DNA of 64,000 nt from Camelus ferus. Lineage: Eukaryota. A program made the position numbers and the translations under genes. Within the stretch, counting starts at the first letter, position 1. Every line of letters begins with the position of its first letter. Below the pieces are notes generated by a model. That model was given only the letters and a program-made list of their open reading frames with translations, searched no databases and was not told where the DNA came from. Shown here piece after piece: positions 13,601-25,325 of the stretch. Location of the stretch: the NCBI RefSeq assembly GCF_009834535.1, contig NC_045697.1, positions 92,072,001-92,136,000 of the forward strand, in the 5' to 3' direction.

Positions 13601-14420
13601 TCAAGATATTTTTTAATTTCAGCTTTGATTTCCTCATTGACCCATTGTTTTTTTAATAACATATTGTTTAATCTCCATGCTTTCCTTTTTTTCTCCTTTG
13701 TTTTTCTGTTGTTGATTTCTCGTTTCATGGCATTGTGGTCAGTAAAGATGCTTGAGATAATTTCTATCTTCTTAAAATTGTTGAGGTTTCTTTGGTGCCC
13801 AAGTACATGACCAATCCTTGAAAATGTTCCATGTGCATTTGAAAAGAATGTATATCCTGTTTTGGGGGGTGTAATGCTCTGAAAATATCCACCAAATCTA
13901 ATTTTTCTATTGTATTATTTAATTTCTCTGTTGCCTTATTTATTTTCTGTCTGGAAGATCTGTCTAGTGATGTTAATGCGGTGTTAAAATCTCCAACTGT
14001 GATTGTATTCCCATCAATATCCCCCTTTATCTCTGTTAGTAATTGTTTTATGTACTTAGGTGCTCCTATATTGGGTGCATATATATTAACGAGTGTAATA
14101 TCCTCATCTTGTATCACTCCTTTAATCATTATAAAATGTCCTTCTTTATCTTTCTTTATGGCCTTTGTTTTAAAGTCTATTTTGTCTGAAATCAGTACTG
14201 CAACACCTGCTATTTTGGCTTTTCCATTTGCATGGAATATCCTTTTCCATCCTTTTACTCTCAATCTATATGTGTCCTTCTCCCTAAAGTGGGTCTCTTG
14301 TATGCAGCATATTGAAGGTTCTTGCTTTATTATCCAGTCTGCCACTCTGTGTCTTTTGACTGGAGCATTTAGTACATTAACATTTACAGTAATTAATGAT
14401 AGATGTGTGTTTATTGCCAT
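10614..14420 (-). pseudogene. L1 ORF2 (endonuclease/reverse transcriptase), disrupted
   Basis: [60 protein letters not shown]-terminal [18 protein letters not shown]; split by several frameshifts and stops. Confidence 0.95.
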
Positions 14421-14798
14421 TTTGAACTTATCTTTGCAGTTGATTTGGTATTTCCTCTTTGTTCCTTTCTTCTTCCTTTTGTGGTTTGGTAATTTTCCTT
14501 TGTATTATCATGGATTTTATTTGGTTTTTGTGACTCCCTTGTAAGTTTTTGGCATGTGGTTACCCTTTTCTGTAAGTCTGTTAGCCCATTACTATATCTC
14601 GAACCCATCCTACTGAAAACAAAAAATTTTAAAAACAAAGAAAAAAAATACTCTATATTTTCTTGCTTCCCTCTCCCACTCTTAATGATTTAGATGTCTT
14701 CTTTTACAATTTCATGTTTATTTTATTTGTAATTCATGAGTTATCACCTTTCCAGTTATGAGTTTCTCATTTCTATAGCATCCTGCTGCTTTTTCTAT

Positions 14799-15697
14799 TT
14801 AGAGTAGACCTTTCAATATTTCTTTTAGCATGGGTTTAGTGTTGCTAAACTCTTGTAGCTTTTTCTTGTCTGTGAAATTCTTTATGTCTCCTTCTATCCT
14901 AAAGGATAGCTTTGCTGGATAAAGTATCCTAGGCTGCATCTTTTTTCATTCAGGGCTTTGAATATATCTTGCCACTCCCTTCTGGCCTGTAGTGTTTGTG
15001 CAGAGAAATCAGCTGAGAGCCTTATGGGGGTTCCCTTGTAACTCACTCTTTGCTTTTCTCTTGCTGCCTTTAGGATCATTTCTTTATCCTTGACTCTGGC
15101 CATCTTGATTATGATATGTCTTGGTGTGTATCTGTTTGCGTTCTTCCTGTTTGGGACCCTTTCTTCCTGTACTTGGATATCTGATTTTTTCTTTAAGTTT
15201 TGGAAGTTTTCAGTCATGAATTCTTCAAAAACCTTTTCAATGCCCTTTGATCATTCTTCCCGTTCTGGGACCCCTATTATGCGAAGATTGGCACACTTTA
15301 TATTATCCCATAGGTCCCTTATGTTGCTTTCATTTGTTTTTATTTGTTTATCTTGCAGTTGTTCTGATTGGGTGCTTTCTGTTGTCCTGTCTTCTAGGTC
15401 ACTAATTCGTTCCTCTGCATTATCTAGTCTGCTTTGCACAGCCTTTAGGTCCATTCTCATCTCAGCCAGTGAGTTTATCAATTCTACTTGGCTCTTCTTT
15501 ATAGCTTCTATTTCATTTTTGACATATTTTATATCTCTAAACACTATCTCTTTTAGTTTATTCAGTACTTTGATAACTCCTTTTTTGAAATCTTGATCTA
15601 GTAGGCTATTGATGTCTATTTCATTGATCATTCTTTCAGGGGATTTCTCTTCTTCTTTTAATTGGGAATGGTTTCTCTGCTTCTTCATCTTGTTCAT
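14799..15697 (-). pseudogene. L1 ORF1 (RNA-binding protein), disrupted
   Basis: MNKMKKQRNHSQLKE..NLRIIGVPE..TPRHIIIKM..YKGTPIRLSADFS..MLKEILKGLL*; in-frame TGA at 15251-15253 and a frameshift in a homopolymer run near 14940. Confidence 0.95.
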
Positions 15698-15826
15698 ATC
15701 TCTCTGGCACTGTGGCTTAAGGAGTATCAGTTATCTATTGTGGTCCTTAAAGGAGTTTATTTATTTATCTATCTAATGCCTATGTAGGAATAAAACTTAA
15801 AAAATAAAAAAAAAGGAGGGAGAGAG

Positions 15827-16537
15827 AAAGAGAATTTTAAAAGAAGGGAGAAAAAAAGGTTTGAAAACAGTGTATAATCAATTATAGAAGCACAATTTGA
15901 ATCAGACTAGCATTCGAGTTGAGACATCTTTTTAAAAACCCTTAAAAAAAGGAAAAAAATGATACTTGAGACCTTTTTATAATCAATAACAGAATATCAA
16001 ATCCAAAAGAAATGAAAATGAAATCAGGTGGATTTTTAGAAAAATAATAATATAACTATTTTAAAAGAAAAATTTAAAAGGAATTAAAACTAGAAGCATA
16101 TACAGTTGTTTAGAAAGAAAAATTTAAGAAGGAATTAAAACTAGAAGCATATACAATTGTTTGGAAAGTAGAAATTAAAAAGGTAATAAAAAATAGAACA
16201 GATAAAAAAGATATGATAAAGAGAATTTTGAAAAAGGGGAGGAAAAAAGGGTTTGAAAACAGTGTATAATGAATAATTGAAGAGCAAGTTGAAGCAGAAT
16301 AGCAATCGGGTTGAGACGTCTCTTAAAAACCTTTGAAAAAGGAGAAAGGAGGGAAAAAATGTATTTGAAACCTGTGTGTAGTCAATAACAGGAGATCAAA
16401 ACCAAGAGAGATAAAAATGACATGATTTTTAAAAATAATAATATTAAAATTTAAAAGGGCTTAAAACTGGGAGATATATAATTGTTTAAAAAGTAAAAAT
16501 TAAAAAGGTAATAGAAAATACAACAGGTAAAAACAGA
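15827..16537. repeat. Diverged two-copy duplication (period ~391 bp) in the L1 5'UTR with a nested ~50-bp tandem repeat
   Basis: Copies start at 15827 and 16218 (aaagagaatttt...ggtttgaaaacagtgtataat); nested units 16064-16113 and 16114-16164. Confidence 0.9.
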
Positions 16538-16589
16538 TTAAAAAAAAGGGGGGGGAGGGGGTGTTCTCCTGGAGACTGTGTGCTCTTAA

Positions 16590-17119
16590 TAAGTCTTTCT
16601 GTCTTCGCCGTGTTTCGGGAACTCAGCTTGCTGTTTCCAGAGGTGCCTCCGTTGGCGCCGTCGTCTGTGCTGCTCCCAGTGCCTGTTGGCAAGCAGATCG
16701 CACCCCCTCCCAGCACAGTGTGGGTCTCGGGCTGGGTGTCTCAGGGACCCTCTGTGCCCGTTTAACTTAGTTCTGTCAGTCAAGGGCTGCTCCCTGCAGA
16801 TCCGAACCTCGGAGGCTCCCCCTCCGTCCCGCTGGCCTCTCCGATGGAGAGGGGAGACCCAGCGAACGATCGCCAGTCCTCCTTTGCCGGTCCCTCCCCG
16901 CGGGACCGGTCCTGCACTGTTTCGCCTTTTCGTCTTTCTTTTTTTTCTTTTCTCCTACCAGATTTTTGGCGTCTTTGTCGTTTAAAGAGGACAATGTTCT
17001 GTTGGAGTTCTGCAGGTGCTCTGGTTGGCTGAGTGGGTCCGTGGTTGTGAGTCTTGATGTATCTGTGGGAGAGGGTGAGCTACGAGCGTCCTTCTACTCT
17101 GCCATCTTGGCCTCGTCTC
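16590..17119 (-). promoter_or_regulatory. L1 CpG-rich internal promoter with 5'-terminal YY1-type motif
   Basis: Only extended CpG-dense stretch in the window; gccatctt at 17101-17108 (AAGATGGC on the L1 strand) about 12-19 nt from the 5' end. Confidence 0.8.
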
Positions 17120-17214
17120 TCCCTGTTTTTAATAGTTCACTTCCAACACTTCAAAGATAAGGTGTGCCATTCTGTGTGTTCAACTTGTCAAATGCAAGTG
17201 TGTGTATGTGTTTG

Positions 17215-17690
17215 TGTGTTAGTCACAAATCTTTCAGTTGCAAATGACAAACACACACTCAAGCTAGAGAAACCAAAAGGAGAATTTACCATCTCATGTA
17301 ATTGGTTGCAGGGGAGGCTGTCCAAGGAATAAACCTTACCTAGGCACCACTGGGCTCTGGATTTCAGATGGTGTTATGAGGCTACTCCTCCCACTTTCCT
17401 CAGAGTTGGCTTCATTCTCAGGAAGTATCTTCCCCTATTGTGACAAGCCAGTACTGGCTCTAGGCTTCCATTATCTTTACATCGACTCTCCTAGTGAAAA
17501 GAGAGCCTCTTACCCAACTGTTAAAGCAAAAGTCCAGGGTAGGCCTCTGATGCCTCAGCGTGTCTGCACCTCCCAACCACCAGTGTGGCTGGGAGATGGG
17601 GCTCTTTGATAACCGAAGACTATCTCATCTGCCTAATGTTGTATTGGTGATGAAAGGATTTCCCCCAAAGAAGAACTGTTTGGTTAGTTG
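17215..17690 (-). mobile_element. Old MaLR LTR (MLT1-like)
   Basis: 'tgtgttagtca...ctttcagttgcaaatgaca...actcaagctag' resembles an MLT1K/L-type end. Confidence 0.55.
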
Positions 17691-20600
17691 AAGAAAGGTG
17701 AAAAGAAAGTGTAAGGGGAAACCAGTAATTCTGCATTGCTTAGAAGATAAAGGGTTTGCATGTAAAGGTAAATATTTGAAATTGGAATTTTGAACTAATA
17801 TGGAAGGACTTGTCTTCAGAGTTTATATGAGCAAAAAAAAAAGTATACCCAATCTTTTCAGTACAGTGTCCTTCTGTATATTTAGTTGAGAAGTTTCCAT
17901 TCCAGTAAATATTGCTTACAGTCAAACTTTATTTCTCCTGAAGTTAATTGAAACAGTAATGTACATCATCATTATGACACCTATAAGTAATTCCTCTAAT
18001 GTATATTACTGATTGGATTTTCTAAATCTACTTTTATACCTAAAGCTGATTATACCTAAAGGTGATTTTGACAACAATGGAGATGAAATTCTTCAAAACC
18101 AATCTCACATGGTCACACATACTCTTTTGTTGTAATGGGATTCTGTTACTATCAATATATTTCTGAAAATCGCCTTTTCAGTTCATGTGATCAAAAGGAA
18201 ACAAAGGAAATAGAGACCCTCAGTAGTTAATTAGCACATAAAAATTGTATTTGTGAACAGACGGAGGGAAAGAGATGTGCTATTTTCTTACCATTTCAAT
18301 TCCTTTGGGGTCTGCAGACTTATTGGGTATTATACATAACTAGATTAACTTCAATTCATACATCTCTGATTTGCTATTTTTATGTACAATAAAAAAATAA
18401 AAACATGATTTTAGACATATAAACATATATATAATGGTACACTGTTAACATTCATGTGTGTATATACATACAGAGACACAGACACCCACACCCCCCCAGC
18501 ACCATACATACTTCCCATGCATGTGTTGAATGTTATCACACATTCTCAGGCCAGAGGAGCAGGTGCAGCAGGCCAACAGTATCTGGCCAGTGGGCGTTAG
18601 AGTACAGTGCTGCAAATGCTCTCAGCCAAATGGCACTCTTCTGGACACTGAGCAGAGGGTATTGTCTGCTGCATTATTTTCCCATTGCAGCTCTCTGCCA
18701 TTTATTTTATTCTCTGAAAACCATCCCTGACCCAAAATGACAACACGTCAAAAAATAAAATAAGATGTAAATTTGATAGTGCAAATCTGTCCAAAGATAC
18801 ACAGAAAAGGTGTGACTGAGGTTAAAGTAACTTGAGACAGTGTATCTACTGAGGATGAAATGCAGTGGTCGATGCGTGTTTGATGGTGATCAGTTGGCAT
18901 TACAAAGGGAATTATAAGCATCATTATAGATTGGTGAAGAGAATAACAATTATTTACATAATAGATGAAAGAAATACCAGAGGTATGTTGTGATTTCAAG
19001 TTATTTGAAGAGAATAAACAAGATACCTAGTACCTAGAAAATAATCACAAGAAAACCACAATGCTATAGCATTGAATCAAGTATTTCTGGGAAAACATCC
19101 TCCTACCCAGTCTGATCCATCCATGTTATTCCTATTTATTAAGGGAATTCAGAGTTTCATGAGTGAAAGAATAAGGAAAATTAAGGAATAATTATTTCTA
19201 ACTGCCAGAATATGTCACCACAATTAAGATTACTTTTTATTGCTTATAAATAAATAAATATGAAAAATTATTTCCTAATAATAACTTACATTATTAGTAT
19301 ATGTTTTATAATATATGCAATGCCTTCTAGAATTGTTAAGTGTATAAATATTTTTGTGAGCCACTTGATATTTTCAAAACATTAAAGCAGAATTCTTTTC
19401 ACAGAAATGCTATTTGAATACCCCATTAAAATGACTATTTGCCTCATTTTTCTTTAATATATTCTTTATAGATTTGCTGAAAGCAAAGTAAACCTATAAA
19501 TGCCCTTTTTTAATAATAGTATTAATTATAGTCACACTCTGTATTAGTTTAATGCAGCTACAGAAATTCTTTTCAGTGCCAGCAAAAGAGGAAAGAAATG
19601 AAACCAGGGAGTCTGGAATCTGCCTTTCCTTTTCCTCCTCTCAGTTTTTATGAAAAGGAAATATCACTTAATCACAAGTTTATTATTTATCCTTAATCAA
19701 ACACAACTGTAATTTCTATTATTCATCTTAATAGTTAATGAAATTATGTTGGGAGAGTCTCTATAATATGTATAGATTGCTCTCAAACTGTCCAATATAA
19801 GTACTAATGAAAAAAGAGCCACAATGAAATGGTACTTCACAAGTGTTTTGAGTTCACATTCACACAAGGGGGATGCTGTGGATCATTGGCATTAACTAAT
19901 GATGACCTGAGATCAAAGGCAGAGCCCTCTGGAACGCCAGCTTTCAAGGTAGCATAATAAATCTGAAATGTCAAATGAAATCTTCCAAAAATGAAATTTA
20001 AACTACAATAATGGCCCATCAAAACTGTCAAGCTGGCTACCCAAGTGATATATATAAGATTGATGATTTCTAAAACTCTAGGAAAGTGAAATAGTTCCAG
20101 ACAAAAGGCCAAAAGCAAATTCTTAAGTCCAATTACAAAAAAATAAACTCTACCAAAGCTGTCAGGTGGTTTGCCATGTCGCACTCCAGCAACATCCAGA
20201 GTAACTGATTTACCAGGGAACAAACAAAGAAAAAAAGCAAAAGAAAGACCAGTGAATAAAACTGTGTACTACTTCTAAATAGTAATTTTAAACAAGAAAC
20301 TATAATTCTGCTGTTATCTTGTATATGCCTACTTCTGAATCTCTAAACCTTGGTGTCTAGAGCAGAATTGACCGCTGCTCAAGGCGTAAACGCACAGAGG
20401 TACGGATTTAGCATCGAGCAGAGAATGACAAGTTGTAAGAGCACACAAAGCTGTGGTGATGGCAAATCCCTGATTATATAAAAGTAATTAGTATAATTCT
20501 GATCAGAACAATCCTTTCTCTGTAACAGTTTGTTGGAGTTAATAATAATAAGACTTAAAAAAATTCTTAACGTATGTCTCCAACTCTACTGCAAGCATTA

Positions 20601-20914
20601 AAAATAGAGCTGTGAAATCTTTGTGAAGCCTGTGAGTTGAGCATTCACTGCTTCACTTCTGAGAAGAGAAAAATGAAGGCAAAAGACAAGCTTACGGAGG
20701 TTATTTAATTAAAGTCAGAAAGAACATTAAAATAGAAAAATTAATTCAGTGAAAAGTCTCTTTTCATTTCCACTAAATCAGGAACAATTTAAACACTGAA
20801 ATGGAAAATGGAAGAAAAAAAAAACCTCCCTTAATTGGTCTGGACTTTTCTATTATGCTTCTGGAATTCTGACCCTGGTAATCTATTGATCCTACTTGTC
20901 TCAATAATTTGTTT

Positions 20915-21270
20915 ATTTGTTCTTTCATTCATGTATTCATTCACTTATTGATTGATGTATTCTTTCATCCATTCGTTTATACATTCATTTATGTATTTTT
21001 TTTTAACAATTTTCTTTGTGTGAGGCACCAAGCTCTACAATGACCATGCAAAAGTGTATATGGCGTGGGGTCTGACTCCAAAGTGCTTAAAGGGACAGAC
21101 AAATGTGTTAATCAGTACATATAATAAAATGTGATACAACTTAGTATGTTAAAGAGGAAAACAGAGGTATTAAAATCTACCTGTGCTTGTACGGTACATA
21201 AAGTCAAGTCATCTTGTAAAGAGGAAATGTTATTTGAGCTATTTCTTATGATAGTTTGAAATTTACCAGA
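20915..21270 (-). mobile_element. L2 3' fragment with expanded (TTCA)-like tail
   Basis: Degenerate cattcatt array followed by L2-like body. Confidence 0.6.
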
Positions 21271-22234
21271 GAATCTACAAAATCTATACTAAAAGGAAAC
21301 TTGACATTTGCAGAAATGACAAATTTGAGGCTTATTTTCTATTATGTTTCCCCAAATTGCATATTTCAAGCAACAGGTAGTCAGATTTGTATGTAATAAA
21401 CAAGTAGAGCAAACAAATGGAATAATAATTCTTGAGGAAACAGAGATTATATTTAAACTTATATCAGTCTTGACCACAAGGCCAGCAATATGAGTGAGGT
21501 AGGTTAACAAGAGGGCATCAAACTTCCCTCCATGGTTATTTAATAACTGCTCAGCAGGATGTGTTAAATGAGAAGGTCATAGTCTGTGAGTTATTAATAC
21601 AACTGGGATAGGTTGGTTTCTTTTAAGTATGCTCAGCATACTCACATAGGGCCAAAACCTTGAGTGGAAATCCTGAGAAGAGAGCTTTCTGCCAGAGGAG
21701 ATTCTGGAAGTTAATAATGACCTATGAGATGTCACTACATGGTATTAGTGGGGTGGCATGAAATTGAATTCATAGGAGAAATGCTTCTGCTAAAAACAGA
21801 AAAAGTATGCAGGATTCTAAGGCACTGAGAAATGTTAAATTAGATCACTGACCATTATTCTTCAGTCTTATTGTGGAGATGTATCTTAAAAGCTTAAGAG
21901 ATTTTATTTTTCTGGTTCATTGAGTACTATTACTTTTTCTTTTGTTATAATTTTTTTCTGGTACCCAGTAGAAGCTTAGTTTAACCAAGGATACATTTTA
22001 TAGCTGGAGAATATACTATCAATGTATTATTTGGTATTCATTTAAGACATGGAAGCAAAAATGTATATGGGAGTGTTTATTTGTCAAAGATGCATTTCAC
22101 ATTTGTATCTCTTGCTCTACAAATATATACTTTCTATGGCACTTGTTATTTTTCACTAACAGGAAACAGATTGGATTTGGATTAGTTTGACAGGAAAATA
22201 CTTGGATTTTTAGGCAGAAAATTTGGTTGAATAC

Positions 22235-22710
22235 TATCTTAGTTTTGGGTTTCCCCTAAAGCAAAGACTGAAGCAGACTTGTTTTTATTTGCAGACAGCA
22301 TCCAGGAAGTAGAAGAAAGGAATAGACAGGAAGTAAAAGCCAAACAAAGATGGGTTATCGAGAGGTTTGAAGAGATTCCTTTGGCGTTTTGTGAGAAGCC
22401 TTATGAAGTTTCCACTCAGGTGCAAAAAAAGGGGGAAATATTTATTTATTGATCCTCATCATTCATTGTTCAATGATGGTGCCATACTTTTCTGGGTGGG
22501 GCACATGTATGAGAGCAAAGTACATTCCTGTGGGCTTCCCACACTGTGGCTCAGAGAAGCCCAGGAGGGAAGGGTGATGTAGGTGATGCAGGCTTGAGTC
22601 ACAACTATGGCCAACAGGCAAAATAGTGAAAGCATTGCAGGGCTGGTGACAACATCAGTGGATGGACTAAGAAGGGCCAAGAGTTGGGATATCAGAAGTG
22701 CCTAATATAC
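22235..22710 (-). mobile_element. ERVL LTR, LTR33-like
   Basis: 'tcttagttttgggtttcccctaaagcaaagactga...agacaggaagtaaaagccaa'. Confidence 0.55.
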
Positions 22711-22910
22711 AGATGTTGTATGCTCTTTAACATAGAATAAAAACTGTCTATAAAAGTTAAATGGGCAAATAGATTTTTCAGTGAAATATAGCAGGTAAAT
22801 ATGACAAAGCTCTAAACTCTGGTCATGTTCTCTAATTTTCAATTAATTCCAGTGACTGGTTCCTCCTCACCCTGTCCTTAGAGAAGAAGCCCAAATTCTT
22901 TCATATGTAC

Positions 22911-23095
22911 CAACATTTCTCAAACATTTGGTCTAGGGACCACTGTATACTCCTAAAGATCACTGAATGTCCAAGCATGTTTGCATTAATATAGGTTGTA
23001 GTCATATTTACTATATTTAGAAATTAAAACAGAAATTGTAAAATAGATGGAATAATTTAAAATGAAAACAGTAAACATATTACAAGTTAATAATG
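22911..23095 (+). mobile_element. hAT-Charlie terminal fragment
   Basis: 'ttctcaaacatttggtctagggaccactgtatactcctaaa...tagaaattaaaac' resembles a recalled Charlie end. Confidence 0.55.
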
Positions 23096-23199
23096 ATAAA
23101 GCTTTGCAGTAATCACTCTGTATTTCCCCAGTCACGTCCCTTCCAACTATCCTAAATATCTATTTCATGTCTTATTCTCCTCCATTCTTCCAATACTTT

Positions 23200-23970
23200 C
23201 TTCCTTATCCTTAATCTCATATTTTTATCTTGGAATTCACTAAGAAAATGAAAGCTGTCAGAAGAGAACTTCCACCATGATAGCTACACACTTGCCTATA
23301 TCCTCTACCTTTCTTTTGATACTGCAGAGGAGCTGTCTGTGCTTCTGATTAACACTGAGTACTACTCTTGCATGCTAGATATTGGCTTTTCTTGTCTACT
23401 GAATTACAGTTATCTCTTTGTTCATCTCATGCTCAGATTTCTTTCTCTATTGAATAATTACCATTAGTATACAAATGTCCTACTATTTCTTCTATTTGAA
23501 AAGAACCCTTGCTTGATTACACTTCTATCTCCAGCTAATACCCTATTTATTTCCTGCAATTGGCAGTAAAGTTCCTCAAAAGAGTTTTCTAATCTTTTCT
23601 CTTCCATTCTCTTGGGGACCTTCCAGTCTGTTTTTTTTTTTCCCCCACATGAGTCTGGAATTTCATTAAGGTCACCAGTAATCTTTGTATCACTAAAAGC
23701 GATGGCCAGTTCTCACTCTTCATCTTATTTTATCCATCAACAGCATTTGCCCTTGTTACTAAATTAGTCTCTCCTCCTTGAAACAATTATCTTCCCTTTC
23801 TCTTAATTCTTCTTGTCTCTTGCTGGCTGTTGGTCTTCAATCTTCTTTGCTAGGTCTTGAGCACTCTGTCATGGACTTTTCTCTTCTATACTTGCTCCCT
23901 TGGTGATCTAATCCTTTCCTAGGGTTTTAAATTCTATCTCTGCCCCCATGAATCTAAAATACATACCTCT
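23200..23970 (+). mobile_element. L2 ORF2-region fragment
   Basis: 'taaggtcaccagtaatct...gatggccagttctcactcttcatcttatt...caacagcatttg' is a typical L2 RT remnant. Confidence 0.75.
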
Positions 23971-24049
23971 ATCACTACTGTTCCTGAAAGGTAACTGCAT
24001 AGTATTGCTTGCTGGTGCTTAGGAATTCATTATGTTGAGACAGATATAT

Positions 24050-24186
24050 CAGAGCTTCCTCATGGTGAACACGTGGAGAACTGGGAAGAATGGTGCACCC
24101 GGAGGGGGCATAGAAGCTCTGCACCCTTTTCTCATACCTTGCCCCATGCCCCATGCATCTCTTTTATCTGGCTATTCCTGAGTTAC
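24050..24186 (+). mobile_element. MER21-like LTR fragment
   Basis: 'ggtgaacacgtggag...ggcatagaagctctgcaccc...cataccttgcccc...atgcatctcttttatctggctattcctgagtt' matches recalled MER21; may begin ~24033 with an internal deletion. Confidence 0.75.
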
Positions 24187-24196
24187 AAAAGTTAAA

Positions 24197-25325
24197 TCTC
24201 AGAGCCATATCCTTGATGATGTTAACAAATGTATCATTGAGAGATCAGGGTGCTGGTAATTTAGATCATTCTGCAGGTGCTATCAGAGTATGGGCAGCAA
24301 GAGTTCACATTGTCATAGGTGAAATGGACAGTTAGGAGCCAGGGACTTTTACTGAAGGTGTGATGAGAAATATTAACATCCTTATAAGTACTGTAATTCT
24401 TGAGTGTGTAACAAAGGTGAATTTTGCCTTGGAAACCTTAAGTAAAAACTCTGGGTGTGTTTGATGCTAATCCATTTGTGGATATCTCAAAGTAGATCTA
24501 TGATACATTTCATGATATCAGATGTTCAGTCTTGGTAATTTGAACCCCAGAGGAACTGGAAGATGTTTCTAACCTGGAAGAAGATCGCTAGGTCCGCTGT
24601 CACAACAGCATTCAGACTGGAGGGAAAACTGACAGCTAAGATGACTCAAACACCTGAGGCAGAAAAAGAAGAACAGTGCTGAGCAAGTGGCTGATTTCAA
24701 GAAAGTAAAGAGTAAGCTGGGTGCAGAGATTGAGATATGGATGATACAAGCAACAATATCATTGTTCTGGCCAAGAAGATGTGTATGATCATGATAGAGA
24801 TGGCAGACTTCACAACGGGCAAAGGACCACCACAGCATATGACTGATGTGATCTATGCAGCTAAAATTACATCAGAATAAGTATCAAAGACATATGTCCT
24901 CACTTGGCACATGTCTAGACCTATCATGTAACCAGGTCTTGTTGGACTGCTGGAACAGATTAAGTTCTACTCTCATCAGCTGAAAACCTGTAGTCAAGTT
25001 AAGCTAAGATCCAAAATGTGGGTAGGAGAGCTAATCATTTCAACTTTGGACAGCATCACTTCCCTCATCCAAGCAGCTAAAAACTTAATGAATGCTCTAG
25101 TGCAATCTATGAAAATGTCTTATGTGGCCTCAATTGGAGTCATCAGAATTCAAGTCCTGCTAGGCCCTGGCACCCGGTTGTGATGAGGAGAATGAAGAAC
25201 CTTGCAAAAAAAATCCTTGATTAAAAGAGAGAAGCCACGGGATATTTCTGCGACAAGGCTCAGTAAAGAAAAAAATCCACTCAGTACAAGTAATGAGTGA
25301 ATTTAGGGGAAGACATATCTACTGA
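24197..25325 (+). pseudogene. CTNNA3: Processed pseudogene of catenin alpha-3 (alpha-T-catenin), C-terminal ~380 codons
   Basis: Manual translation across frameshifts: SHILDDVNKCII..GEMDS*EPGTFTEGVMRN..HDIRCSV..TPEELEDVSNLEE..AEQVADFKKVKSKL..WDDTSNNIIVLAKKMCMIM..TDVIYAAK..LEQIKFYSHQLK..SLIQAAKNLMNA..QVMSEFRGRHIY*. Intronless; stops at 24333, 24493, 24541, 24589, 24878; terminal TGA 25323-25325. Confidence 0.95.

Larger units (their letters stand above)
10318..17119 (-). mobile_element. Full-length young LINE-1 (~6.8 kb), retrotransposition-defective
   Basis: T-rich tail at left, 3'UTR, ORF2 and ORF1 fragments in the ORF track, CpG-rich 5'UTR; TSD tccttgttttt (10307-10317) / tccctgttttt (17120-17130) with one mismatch, ending at a TTTT/AA endonuclease site. 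Confidence 0.97.

Noticed and set aside
10365..15596. Plus-strand ORFs (e.g. 187 aa at 13981, 168 aa at 15090)
   Set aside because: Antisense shadows of L1 ORF1/ORF2 and UTR, not independent genes.
16064..16164. CRISPR-like or prokaryotic repeat array
   Set aside because: Two adjacent copies without spacers in a mammalian L1; no prokaryotic features in the window.
24569..24838. 89-aa minus-strand ORF
   Set aside because: Antisense to the CTNNA3 pseudogene.
24197..25325. Functional catenin gene or genuine CTNNA3 exons
   Set aside because: No introns, at least five stops, several frameshifts, N-terminal part absent.
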